Source: a candidate division WOR-3 bacterium (GTDB taxonomy: Bacteria > Hydrothermota > Hydrothermia > LBFQ01 > DSFT01). Taken from it: a DNA stretch of 35,377 bases. Below, one piece after another: positions 16,743 to 25,268 of the stretch. How positions within the stretch are numbered: the stretch's first letter is position 1; every line of letters starts with the position of its first letter. The notes under the pieces were generated by a model, which saw only the letters and a program-made list of their open reading frames with translations, made no database searches and was not told the origin of the DNA. The DNA lies in contig JBDRXT010000001.1 in assembly GCA_039803045.1 (NCBI GenBank), forward strand, positions 1 through 35,377, read 5' to 3'. The translations under genes and the position numbers were made by a program.

Positions 16743-17381
16743 TTAAAATTTTAAAGTATTCAATATAAATTTTGAAAAATCTTTTTTTTCGTAAAGTTCA
16801 AAACTATTTAATTTTTCATAATCCTTTATACTATGGGCATCTGAACCAATTAAATCACAAATATCAAAAATTTTTAATGCTTTTTCTCTAACATCGTTTC
16901 CATAAAAACCTTTTAAACTTTTTAAATTCACCTGTAAAATTACACCTAAATCTCGAATTTCCTTAATCTCCTCTATACTTAAATAGTGATATCTTTCAGG
17001 GTGAGCAATAATTGGTCTTAGTCCAAATTTCATTACTTTAATAAAGGGTTCAATTAACTTCTTTGGCTTTTCCAAGAAATTAAGTTCTAACAATATGTAA
17101 TTTGTCCCTTCTATTAGAAAATACTGTATATCAAATACTTCAATTGCGTCTATTCTTACTTCATATCCAATAATTATTTTAAAATCCTCATTTTTTAGAA
17201 TTTCATTTCTCTTTTCTTGCAAAATTTCCCTTTTCGGGTAATACAAACTATTTGCATGAGGTGTTGCAACAACTCCATTAAATCCTCTTGCTTTTAAAAA
17301 CTTTATCATTTCAATAGCCTCCTCTATGCTACTTGCTCCATCATCCACATTTGGTAAAATGTGCGTATGAAAATCTATCAT
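16743..17381 (-). CDS. PHP-domain protein-tyrosine phosphatase (CpsB/YwqE family)
   Basis: MIDFHTHILPNVDDGA N-terminus, ATPH and AHPERY metal-ligand motifs. First ATG at 17381; the ORF-track start at 17387 is a TTG. Confidence 0.8.
   Translation of the reverse strand: MIDFHTHILPNVDDGASSIEEAIEMIKFLKARGFNGVVATPHANSLYYPKREILQEKRNEILKNEDFKIIIGYEVRIDAIEVFDIQYFLIEGTNYILLELNFLEKPKKLIEPFIKVMKFGLRPIIAHPERYHYLSIEEIKEIRDLGVILQVNLKSLKGFYGNDVREKALKIFDICDLIGSDAHSIKDYEKLNSFELYEKKDFSKFILNTLKF
16745..16756 (-). promoter_or_regulatory. promoter-like motif CTTTAAAATTTT, 7 nt before the DUF58 ATG (16737)
   Basis: Perfect 12-mer on the minus strand, overlapping the last codons and stop of the upstream PHP phosphatase gene. 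Confidence 0.5.
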
Positions 17382-17383
17382 AT

Positions 17384-18193
17384 TCAATACCTTATAACAT
17401 TATATGGTTTGTATTCCAAAAGTCTTCTTCCTATAATTTTATCAATATTTTCTTTTAGCAATTTTACAATATTTGGGAAATTCAATTCATAATTGCATTT
17501 ATTTGGATCGAAGTTTTCAATAAAGTTTTGGATATATTGTTTCATTACTTCTGGATGTTTCCCTTTGTATTCATTTAGCCACTCCTTTCTACATTCTCTA
17601 TAAATTCTATTGCCTAATTTTTTAAAAACAAAACCATAATGATAGATATAAGCTTTGCTATCAATTACATTTAATTTCCTGAATCTTGAACCTTCTAAAA
17701 GTCTAAAACCTTGTGCATCCCTGTATGACAATATATTCAAATTATTCCTTATAATTCTAACTTCCTTGCTATACCATCCCCTATCAATTCTATAATATCT
17801 GAAACTTCCATAAAAATGTAAATAGTTTAAAACAAAACCTTCAACTTCCCTAACTTTTAAAAAATTCTCCATACAATTATAAATTTTCTCAAGTTCCCAC
17901 TCCGGAACAACCTCATCTGCTTGAATATAAAAACACCAATCCCCAGAACATAAAAAATACGCTAAATTAGTATATCTAGCATATGCCCAATCTTTATTTG
18001 AAACATAAGGAGCTATTATAATTTTTATTTTTGGAGAATTTATAGTTTTTAAAACTTCTAACGTATTATCATCCGAATTACAGACTACCACTATAAATTC
18101 ATCCACGATTGGTAAAATTGAGTTAATAGAAGCTAAAAATGGGTAATTATTTGAAACTGCATTTCTTAAGAAAGTAAATCCACTAACTTTCAT
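17384..18193 (-). CDS. glycosyltransferase family 2-like protein
   Basis: 269 aa. N-terminal FTFLRNA..YPF..SI.SILPIVDEFIVVV and ADEV acidic motif resemble a GT-A fold family annotated as GT2. Confidence 0.6.
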   Translation of the reverse strand: MKVSGFTFLRNAVSNNYPFLASINSILPIVDEFIVVVCNSDDNTLEVLKTINSPKIKIIIAPYVSNKDWAYARYTNLAYFLCSGDWCFYIQADEVVPEWELEKIYNCMENFLKVREVEGFVLNYLHFYGSFRYYRIDRGWYSKEVRIIRNNLNILSYRDAQGFRLLEGSRFRKLNVIDSKAYIYHYGFVFKKLGNRIYRECRKEWLNEYKGKHPEVMKQYIQNFIENFDPNKCNYELNFPNIVKLLKENIDKIIGRRLLEYKPYNVIRY

Positions 18194-18706
18194 TTAACTT
18201 AAATTCCTCAACGATGCAAGGATATGATCTTTACTTACCCTCAAAATATAAACATCAAATTCCTTCCCAATATGTATGTAAAGATTTTCGCTTAAATTTT
18301 TAGGAATATGTGATGGAGGAACAAACCCCCTTTGACCAAGAATTAAAACTTCAAATCCACTATTTGAAACATTTATTATTTTTGCTTTAACAGGCTTGTT
18401 AGTTTTTTTGGCTTTCTTAAGAACTTTTAGAATTTTCTCTTCATTTAATAGAGAGTCTGATAATCTTAATTCTATCTGTTTAGTAATATAATCAGCACTT
18501 GTAATTACTGCAAAAACTTCATCGTTTATGTTAAACTTTTTTTTAGTTTTCAAATAACCAATTAAGTCTAAATCTAAAATCCTTACCAAATATCCTTTTT
18601 TAATTTTCTTCTCTATTCTTACTTTTAGATCCCTCTTGTTATCATAAGCATCAAATACAATTTCCCATTTTTTGGCTCTTTGAATTATTTCCTCTGGACT
18701 TAACAT
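18194..18706 (-). CDS. S1-like RNA-binding domain protein
   Basis: 170 aa with two OB/S1-like segments (GYLVRILDLDLIGYL; VKAKIINVSNSGFEVLILGQRGFVPPSHI). Its own promoter-like motif lies 3 nt upstream of the ATG. Confidence 0.65.
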   Translation of the reverse strand: MLSPEEIIQRAKKWEIVFDAYDNKRDLKVRIEKKIKKGYLVRILDLDLIGYLKTKKKFNINDEVFAVITSADYITKQIELRLSDSLLNEEKILKVLKKAKKTNKPVKAKIINVSNSGFEVLILGQRGFVPPSHIPKNLSENLYIHIGKEFDVYILRVSKDHILASLRNLS

Positions 18707-18709
18707 CTG

Positions 18710-18721
18710 AAAATTTTAAAG
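18710..18721 (-). promoter_or_regulatory. promoter-like motif CTTTAAAATTTT, 3 nt before the S1-domain gene ATG (18706)
   Basis: Perfect 12-mer filling the 15-nt gap between two co-directional genes. Confidence 0.55.
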
Positions 18722-19816
18722 TTAGTAAATAAATTTACTAATAGCATAAGCCATCCAAGCTATTGACCATCTTATATATGGAATTTTAATTTTAAAAAAC
18801 TTATTTTCCTGAAAGTAAAAATAATGCTTTCTAATATCAAACATCCTATTTAATGCATTATCAAGAATAATCTTAGCAATATCTTTCTCTTCAAACTCAC
18901 AAAATAAAACGATAGAAGTGGCATAGGAGTGTATATCAAGTGGATATAATTTTTTGTGATAATACTTTGGCAGAAAATCTTTTGTAAATAAGTTTTTCTT
19001 ATAAAAGTTATATCCCTTTTCAATCGCTTCTAAAATTCTTTTGTCTTCCGTAGCTTTATATATCCATTTTAAAGCTAATAAATTGAAAGCTGTGTGAAAA
19101 TTATCAATATATTTAATATTGGGAGCATAAAACCAACTCCCATCAGTATTTTGAAACTTATATGCAAATAAACCACATTTAAGTGATTTTAATCTAAAGT
19201 TTTCATCTCCATTAATTAAGTAAATTCTTGCTAATACTGAACCACCTAACAAACTTGCGTTAAAAACTTTTAAATTGTCAATCGGAGTATATGAAAAAAC
19301 TAAAATTTCATCATCCTCGTATGTGTTTAAGTCATTTAGTATAAAATCTGCAGTAGAATGCGCTATTTTAAAGTCTTCACTATTTTTAAATTTCTCATAA
19401 GCATCTAAAAATCCATGAGCTATGAAAGAAGTATTTACAATTGTTGGCGTATATTCCTTTAAATAAAAAACTCTACTTTGCCAAGGAAAATTATAACCCC
19501 AGCAACATCCACTATATCCATTTGACTTTAATCTCATTAGCAATCTTTTAACAAAATAGTAATTATCTAAATCCTCAATCCTTGAAAATACAGAAAGAAA
19601 CAATCCCAAACCCTTAGGGTTATAATCCTTTTTTATAAGGATCAATTTTCTAAAATTAATAGGAGAATGCTTGATTAATTGTGTAAATAGAATTCTTAAG
19701 TATTTATGAAATCCAATTGCTCTTAAAATAGGACTATTTAAAGCATCGTAAGGATCATAACCTTTAAATTCTTCATTTTCAGCATATTTAATTAATGAAC
19801 GTAATATTCCTTCCAA
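18722..19816 (-). CDS. hypothetical protein, possibly an (alpha/alpha)6-toroid polysaccharide-associated enzyme
   Basis: 364 aa. GYDPYDALNSP and CCWGYNFPWQSR motifs recall uncharacterised proteins in polysaccharide loci. TTG start. The functional call is weak. Confidence 0.5.
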   Translation of the reverse strand: MEGILRSLIKYAENEEFKGYDPYDALNSPILRAIGFHKYLRILFTQLIKHSPINFRKLILIKKDYNPKGLGLFLSVFSRIEDLDNYYFVKRLLMRLKSNGYSGCCWGYNFPWQSRVFYLKEYTPTIVNTSFIAHGFLDAYEKFKNSEDFKIAHSTADFILNDLNTYEDDEILVFSYTPIDNLKVFNASLLGGSVLARIYLINGDENFRLKSLKCGLFAYKFQNTDGSWFYAPNIKYIDNFHTAFNLLALKWIYKATEDKRILEAIEKGYNFYKKNLFTKDFLPKYYHKKLYPLDIHSYATSIVLFCEFEEKDIAKIILDNALNRMFDIRKHYFYFQENKFFKIKIPYIRWSIAWMAYAISKFIY

Positions 19817-19822
19817 AAGTTG

Positions 19823-19834
19823 AAAATTTTATAC
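19823..19834 (-). promoter_or_regulatory. promoter-like motif variant GTATAAAATTTT, 6 nt before TTG 19816
   Basis: Minus-strand variant in the divergent spacer 19817-19867. Confidence 0.4.
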
Positions 19835-19852
19835 CATACATAAATGAAAATC

Positions 19853-19863
19853 CTTTAAAATTT
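19853..19863 (+). promoter_or_regulatory. promoter-like motif CTTTAAAATTT, 4 nt (CACT) before ATG 19868
   Basis: 11-mer; 6 nt from TAAAAT to the ATG. Confidence 0.6.
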
Positions 19864-19867
19864 CACT

Positions 19868-21169
19868 ATGAAAATTCTCATAAAAGCAGATTATATATTA
19901 ACGATGAATGAAAATGAAGATGTCATTTGCCATGGTTTTGTTATCATAGAAAATGATAAGATTTCAAAAATTGGCAAATTAGATCAATTAGATAATGAAA
20001 GTGTGGATTATATAATTGATGATAGACCAAATATACTACTTCCTGGATTTGTGAATACACATACTCATATTGCTATGGTTGGTTTTAGAGGGTTTGCTGA
20101 TGATAAGGATTTAATGGACTGGTTAAATAATTATATATGGCCTGCTGAAAATAGAGCTATTGATAGAGAATTTATTAAGCTTGCTACTGAAGTTGCAATT
20201 TCTGAAATGATTAGAACAGGAACTACTACATATAATGATATGTATTTCTTTCAAGAAATAACTGCGGAAATCTCAAGAGATATAGGTATTAGAGCTTTTC
20301 TTGGTGAGGGATTAATTGATTTTCCAACACCTTCTTTCAAAAATCCAGAAGATGGTATTAAAATAGCTAAAAGCTTTATAAAGAATTATTTGAATGATGA
20401 GTATATTTATCCTACACTTTGCTTACACTCTCCTTACTCTTGTTCAAAAGAATTAATTTTTAAAGGTTTTGAAATTGCCAAAGAATATAACGTCCCAATT
20501 CATATGCACGTTGCAGAAACAAAAAAAGAGGTTGAAATTATAAAAAGCAAATATAACCTTACTCCAGTAAGATTTTTAAATTCACTTAATGTTTTAGATC
20601 ATAAGTTCATATCAGCTCATAGTATTTATTTAGATGATGAAGAAATTGAGATTTTTAAGATTAAAAACGTAAGTGTTGCTCATAATCCACAAAGTAATAT
20701 GAAGCTTTCAAGTGGTATAGCTCCTATTATTAAGATGTTAAATAAGGGGGTTAATGTTGCAATAGCTACGGATGGAACAGCTTCTAATAATAATTTAGAT
20801 ATGATTGATGAAATGAGAAGTTGTGCTTTAATTCATAAAGTTTATATGATGGATCCTAAAGTTGCAAGTGCTAAGGATGTTTTAAAAATGGCAACGATAT
20901 ATGGAGCAAGGGCTTTAGGTTTAGATTATAAAATTGGAAGTATAGAAATTGGAAAGAAAGCAGACTTAATCACAATCTCTTTAAATAATCCCCACTTAAT
21001 GCCAATTTATGATCCTTATTCAGCTATTGTTTATAGTGCAAACGGTTTAGATGTTTCAACTGTTATAATAAATGGAAAAGTTTTAATGGAAAAGAAGGAA
21101 TTTAAAAATATTGATTTGGAAAAAATTAAATATAATGCTCAAAAACTCAAAGAAAAAGTATTAGGATAA
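19868..21169 (+). CDS. mtaD: amidohydrolase, 5-methylthioadenosine/S-adenosylhomocysteine deaminase-like
   Basis: 433 aa. LLPGFVNTHTHIAM metal-binding HxH, HMHVAET, and the SAHSIY...TDG pattern of MtaD/SsnA-type deaminases. Confidence 0.78.
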   Translation: MKILIKADYILTMNENEDVICHGFVIIENDKISKIGKLDQLDNESVDYIIDDRPNILLPGFVNTHTHIAMVGFRGFADDKDLMDWLNNYIWPAENRAIDREFIKLATEVAISEMIRTGTTTYNDMYFFQEITAEISRDIGIRAFLGEGLIDFPTPSFKNPEDGIKIAKSFIKNYLNDEYIYPTLCLHSPYSCSKELIFKGFEIAKEYNVPIHMHVAETKKEVEIIKSKYNLTPVRFLNSLNVLDHKFISAHSIYLDDEEIEIFKIKNVSVAHNPQSNMKLSSGIAPIIKMLNKGVNVAIATDGTASNNNLDMIDEMRSCALIHKVYMMDPKVASAKDVLKMATIYGARALGLDYKIGSIEIGKKADLITISLNNPHLMPIYDPYSAIVYSANGLDVSTVIINGKVLMEKKEFKNIDLEKIKYNAQKLKEKVLG

Positions 21170-21188
21170 AAAATTCAAATAAGTGAAG

Positions 21189-21200
21189 CTTTATAATTTT
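21189..21200 (+). promoter_or_regulatory. promoter-like motif CTTTATAATTTT (TATAAT version), 4 nt (CACT) before ATG 21205
   Basis: Same layout and same CACT spacer as at 19853. Canonical TATAAT hexamer. Confidence 0.6.
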
Positions 21201-21204
21201 CACT

Positions 21205-22329
21205 ATGACTGAAAAAACTTTAAATTATATTCAGCCATTTACTGATGAGCCTATAAGGTTTATATCAAGCGAAGGAGAGCCATTATTTGATTTTACACCA
21301 GAAGATATAGGGCTTACAAATGAAGACTTAAGAACATTATATTATTATATGAAATTAACAAGAGCTTTTGATAAAAAGGGAATGTTTTTAACTCGTTCTG
21401 GAAAATCTTTATTTTATGTAGAGGTTGCGGGACAGGAAGCCTCTACAGTTTCAAGTGGTTATGCTATTCCTGAAAACGACTGGATATTTCCAGCTCATAG
21501 AGAGCATGGTGTTTATCTTGTAAGAGGTTATCCGCTTGTTGAAATGTTTGCACAATTGATGGGAAGAATGGAAATTAATAAAGCAAGACAAATGCCTGTG
21601 CACTGGGGTATGAGAAAACTTAGAATTATAACAATATCAAGTCCTGTTGGAAATCAATTACCACAAGCAGTAGGTATAGGAATGGCTATAAATTATCTAA
21701 AGAAAGATGAAGCAATAATTGTTTATGTGGGTGATGGAGGTGTTTCTGAAGGTGATTTTCATAGTGCTCTTACTATGGCTGGTGTTTTTAAAACCCCTGT
21801 TGTATTTTTTGTACAAAATAACAATTGGGCCATTTCTGTTCCTATTACGAGACAAAATCCATCAAAAAATATTGCAATTAAAGCAATTGCGTATGGTATG
21901 GAAGGATATTACGTTGATGGAAATGACTTTTTAGCAGTTTATGCAGTTACTAAATTAGCATTTGAGAAAGCCCATAACAAAGAACCGGTTTTAATTGAAG
22001 CATTAACATATAGATATGGTTCACACTCAACTGCAGATCAAGCTGATAGATATAGAGATATTAAGGAACTTGAATATTGGCAAAAAACTTGGGATCCTAT
22101 AAAAAGGGCTAGATTATATTTAAGCAGGATTGGTATTTGGAATGAAAAATGGGAAAAAGAGTTAGATGAGCAAATAGAAGAGGAATTAAATAAAGCTATT
22201 GACGAAGCAGAAAAAAGGCCAATTCCTGGACCTGAAACAACGTTTGAAGATGTTTATGCTCAAATGCCCTGGCATATAAAAGAAGAAATGGAAGAGTTAT
22301 TAAAAGAATTAAGAGAAAAGGGCGTGTAG
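21205..22329 (+). CDS. thiamine-diphosphate-dependent 2-oxoacid dehydrogenase E1 component, alpha subunit
   Basis: 374 aa. GDGGVSEGDFHSALTMAG TPP-binding motif, NNNWAIS and YRYGSHSTADQADRYR. No E1-beta/E2 follows. The stop codon lies inside tRNA-Val. Confidence 0.85.
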   Translation: MTEKTLNYIQPFTDEPIRFISSEGEPLFDFTPEDIGLTNEDLRTLYYYMKLTRAFDKKGMFLTRSGKSLFYVEVAGQEASTVSSGYAIPENDWIFPAHREHGVYLVRGYPLVEMFAQLMGRMEINKARQMPVHWGMRKLRIITISSPVGNQLPQAVGIGMAINYLKKDEAIIVYVGDGGVSEGDFHSALTMAGVFKTPVVFFVQNNNWAISVPITRQNPSKNIAIKAIAYGMEGYYVDGNDFLAVYAVTKLAFEKAHNKEPVLIEALTYRYGSHSTADQADRYRDIKELEYWQKTWDPIKRARLYLSRIGIWNEKWEKELDEQIEEELNKAIDEAEKRPIPGPETTFEDVYAQMPWHIKEEMEELLKELREKGV

Positions 22330-22393
22330 CTCAGTTGGTGAGAGCGCCATCCTCACACGATGGAGGTCCCCCGTTCAAGTCGGGGCACGCCCA
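22320..22393 (+). tRNA. tRNA-Val (anticodon CAC)
   Basis: Hand-folded cloverleaf: acceptor GGGCGTG/CACGCCC, D stem GCTC/GAGC, anticodon stem CCATC/GATGG with loop CTCACAC, T arm CCCCG-TTCAAGT-CGGGG, discriminator A. No encoded CCA. Confidence 0.93.
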
Positions 22394-22395
22394 TT

Positions 22396-23298
22396 ATGAT
22401 AAATACAAAAGAAGCTTATGAAAGAATAAAAAATTATATAAGAAAAACACCTGTGATAAAATACAAAAGTTTTTATTTTAAACTTGAAAATTTACAAAAA
22501 TCTGGTTCTTTTAAGCCAAGAGGTGCTTATAATAAAATTTTAAAAAACATTAATATCAATGGAGTAGTTTGTGCATCGAGTGGAAATCATGCTCAAGCAG
22601 TTGCAAAAGCATGCTCTGACCTAAACATTAAAAATGTAAAGATTATAGTCCCCAAAAATACCCCTGAGGTTAAAATTAATAAAATTAGATATTATGGTTA
22701 CGAACCAATTTTTTATGGAGAACATTTAAATGAAAGCTTAAATTATGCCAAGGAGTTAGCAAGAAGTGAAAATTTATTATTTGTTCATCCGTATGATGAT
22801 TTAGATATTATTGAAGGTCAAAGCACAATTGGATTAGAAATTGAAAATTATGATTTTGAATATTTGTTTATTCCAATTGGTGGAGGAGGTCTTGCTAGTG
22901 GAATTTCAATTTACATTAAGCAAAAAAAACCAAAAGTTAAAATTTATGGATTAGTTTCTGAAAATGCCCCAAGCTTTTTTTATTCTTTTAAGAGTAATAA
23001 AATTGTTAAATTTGAGCCAAAAGAAACTATTGCAGATGGTATAAGATTAAAATATCCAAGCAGCTTAACGTTTAAAATATTAAAAGAAAGATTAGAGGAT
23101 GTAATATTAGTAAAAGAGGATGAAATTAAACAAGCTATAAAGTGGGCATATAATAATCTTGGATTAATCTTAGAAGGTGCGGGAGCGATAAGTATAGCAG
23201 TTTTTTTATTTGAAAAATTAGATATTTCAAGTGGAATGTTTATATTAAGTGGTGGAAATATTAATGAAAGTCTCTTAGATAGTATTTTGAGATTATGA
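22396..23298 (+). CDS. PLP-dependent threonine/serine dehydratase family protein
   Basis: SGSFKPRGAYNK PLP-Lys motif, SSGNHAQA and GGGGLASG. Start at ATG 22396 (MINTKEAYERI), 2 nt after the tRNA-Val 3' end. The longer ORF-track N-terminus is just the tRNA read through. Confidence 0.8.
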   Translation: MINTKEAYERIKNYIRKTPVIKYKSFYFKLENLQKSGSFKPRGAYNKILKNININGVVCASSGNHAQAVAKACSDLNIKNVKIIVPKNTPEVKINKIRYYGYEPIFYGEHLNESLNYAKELARSENLLFVHPYDDLDIIEGQSTIGLEIENYDFEYLFIPIGGGGLASGISIYIKQKKPKVKIYGLVSENAPSFFYSFKSNKIVKFEPKETIADGIRLKYPSSLTFKILKERLEDVILVKEDEIKQAIKWAYNNLGLILEGAGAISIAVFLFEKLDISSGMFILSGGNINESLLDSILRL

Positions 23299-25268
23299 AG
23301 ATAATTATTGTTGAGAGCCCTTCAAAAGCTAAAACAATTAGTAAGTTCTTGAAAGGTTATTTACTAAAAGCTACGCTTGGGCATATTGTAGACTTACCAG
23401 AAAAAGAAATTGGGGTTGATCTTAATGACTTTAAAATGACATTTTTACCTATTAAAGGTAAATCTAAAATAATACAAGAGTTAAGGGAATTAGTGAAAAA
23501 AGCAGAGATTGTCTATATTTCAACAGATCCTGATAGGGAAGGAGAAGCAATTGCTTATCATATAGTAGATAGAACAAAACCAAAAAATTATAAAAGAATT
23601 GAATTGCACGCTATAATTAAAGAGGAAGTAATAAAAGCTCTCAAAAATCCCAGAGATTTAGATTATAATAGAGTTTATTCCCAATTTTCAAGAAGAATTA
23701 TAGATAGGATTGTTGGATATTTCCTATCTCCATTAGCTAGTAAAACACTTGGGGGTAAACTGTCTGTTGGAAGAGTTCAAAGTCCAGCATTAAGATTAAT
23801 TGTTGAACGTGAAAGAGAAATAAGAAATTTTAAACCTGTAACATATTATCAAATTCAAGTTGTTTATAGAAAGGAAAATATAGAATTTATTGCAAAGTTT
23901 CCCCAAAACATATATGATAAACAAGAAGCAGAAAAAATAGTTGAAGAAATTAAGAAAAATAAGCACATAGTATATTCTATAAACCAGATCGAAGAAAAAG
24001 AGAGTCCTCCAGCTCCATATAGAACTGCTACACTTCAAGAGGATGCAAACAAAATTTTAAAAATTAGTCCAGAAGAAACTATGAAAATTGCTCAATTTCT
24101 ATATGAGAGTGGTTATATTACATATCATAGAACAGATAGTGTGAAAATAAACGAAAATATAATTTTTAAAATAAGAGAGTATATTAAGCAAAATTTTGGG
24201 AAAGACTATGTTGCTAATAAAATTCGCACTTTTAAATCAAAGAAATTTGCTCAAGAAGCACATGAAGCAATTAGACCTTCAATTATAAGTCAAGCTAGAG
24301 AACCGAAAAAACTAAATTTACCCCAAAAAGCTCTTATGATTTATGAACTTATTTGGAATAGAACTATATCAAGTCAAATGGAAAGTTCTATTTGGAAAAA
24401 ATTAAATGTAATAATAAAAGTTGGAAATTATGAACTTTTAGCTCAAGGTAAATATCTTGTTTTTGAAGGTTGGAGAAAACTATATGATTTGCCCGAAATG
24501 GAGATAATTCCTAATTTAAAAGAAAATGAAATTTTAGAATACATTAAAGTTGAATTATTAGAAAAACAAACACAACCTCCAAGTAGATATACTGAAGGTT
24601 CTTTAATAAAAATGCTTGAAAAACTTTCTATTGGAAGACCATCAACTTATGCTCAAATAATCAAAACATTAAAACAGAGAAAGTACGTTAAAGTTAAAAA
24701 TGGAATTCTTTATCCTAGTGAACTTGGTGAAAAGTTAATTGATTGGTTAAGTAGAGAATATAGTTGGGTAATTGATTATGGTTTTACAGCAAAGATGGAA
24801 GAAAAACTTGATTTAGTAGAGGAGGGGAAGTTAGATTGGAAAATTGTTGCTCAAGAGATTTATGAAAAATTAAAAGATGTTGAAATAAAAATTAGGGAAA
24901 ATAAACCAAGTGATAAACAATTAGAACTTGCACAAAAAATTTCTAATGAGCTAAATATTGAATTAGATGAAGAAGTTAAAAGCGATAAAAGAAAATTATC
25001 AAAATGGCTTGATAAGAATAAGCCACCTACCCAAAAGCAAATAGAAATTGCCCAAAAATTAGCAGAAAGCTTAAATTTAAAATTAGATGAAGAAATTTTA
25101 AAAAGTCAAAAAAAATTATCTAAGTGGATTGAAAAACATTCAAAACCTTCTCAAAAACAAATAGAACTTCTCAATAAACTAAAAGAAAAAGGATATGAAA
25201 TCCCACAAGAAGCTTATTTAAGTTTGAAAAAAGCTAAAGAAGTTATAAGGAAAATATTAAAAAAATGA
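23295..25268 (+). CDS. topA: DNA topoisomerase I (type IA)
   Basis: TOPRIM N-terminus (IIVESPSKAKTI, DPDREGEAIA) and active-site GYITYHRTDS. C-terminus has three helical repeats and no Cys zinc fingers. Confidence 0.92.
   Translation: MKIIIVESPSKAKTISKFLKGYLLKATLGHIVDLPEKEIGVDLNDFKMTFLPIKGKSKIIQELRELVKKAEIVYISTDPDREGEAIAYHIVDRTKPKNYKRIELHAIIKEEVIKALKNPRDLDYNRVYSQFSRRIIDRIVGYFLSPLASKTLGGKLSVGRVQSPALRLIVEREREIRNFKPVTYYQIQVVYRKENIEFIAKFPQNIYDKQEAEKIVEEIKKNKHIVYSINQIEEKESPPAPYRTATLQEDANKILKISPEETMKIAQFLYESGYITYHRTDSVKINENIIFKIREYIKQNFGKDYVANKIRTFKSKKFAQEAHEAIRPSIISQAREPKKLNLPQKALMIYELIWNRTISSQMESSIWKKLNVIIKVGNYELLAQGKYLVFEGWRKLYDLPEMEIIPNLKENEILEYIKVELLEKQTQPPSRYTEGSLIKMLEKLSIGRPSTYAQIIKTLKQRKYVKVKNGILYPSELGEKLIDWLSREYSWVIDYGFTAKMEEKLDLVEEGKLDWKIVAQEIYEKLKDVEIKIRENKPSDKQLELAQKISNELNIELDEEVKSDKRKLSKWLDKNKPPTQKQIEIAQKLAESLNLKLDEEILKSQKKLSKWIEKHSKPSQKQIELLNKLKEKGYEIPQEAYLSLKKAKEVIRKILKK
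24903..25265 (+). repeat. three tandem ~40-codon repeats inside topA (topoisomerase C-terminal repeat-like)
   Basis: KPSDKQLELAQKISNELNIELDEEVKSDKRKLSKWLDKN / KPPTQKQIEIAQKLAESLNLKLDEEILKSQKKLSKWIEKHS / KPSQKQIELLNKLKEKGYEIPQEAYLSLKKAKEVI. Repeat starts at 24903, 25020 and 25143. Confidence 0.8.

Noticed and set aside
16741-16756. Reading the quasi-palindromic AAATTTTAAAATTT-type motif as a terminator or 3' end signal, since several copies abut upstream stop codons
   Set aside because: There is no GC-rich stem and the A/T-only palindrome would be unstable. Orientation and spacing track the downstream start codon (or tRNA 5' end), not the upstream stop. A protein-binding operator role cannot be excluded.
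22360-22395. N-terminal extension MEVPRSSRGTPI of the dehydratase ORF
   Set aside because: These codons are simply tRNA-Val read in one frame. The conserved protein N-terminus begins at ATG 22396.
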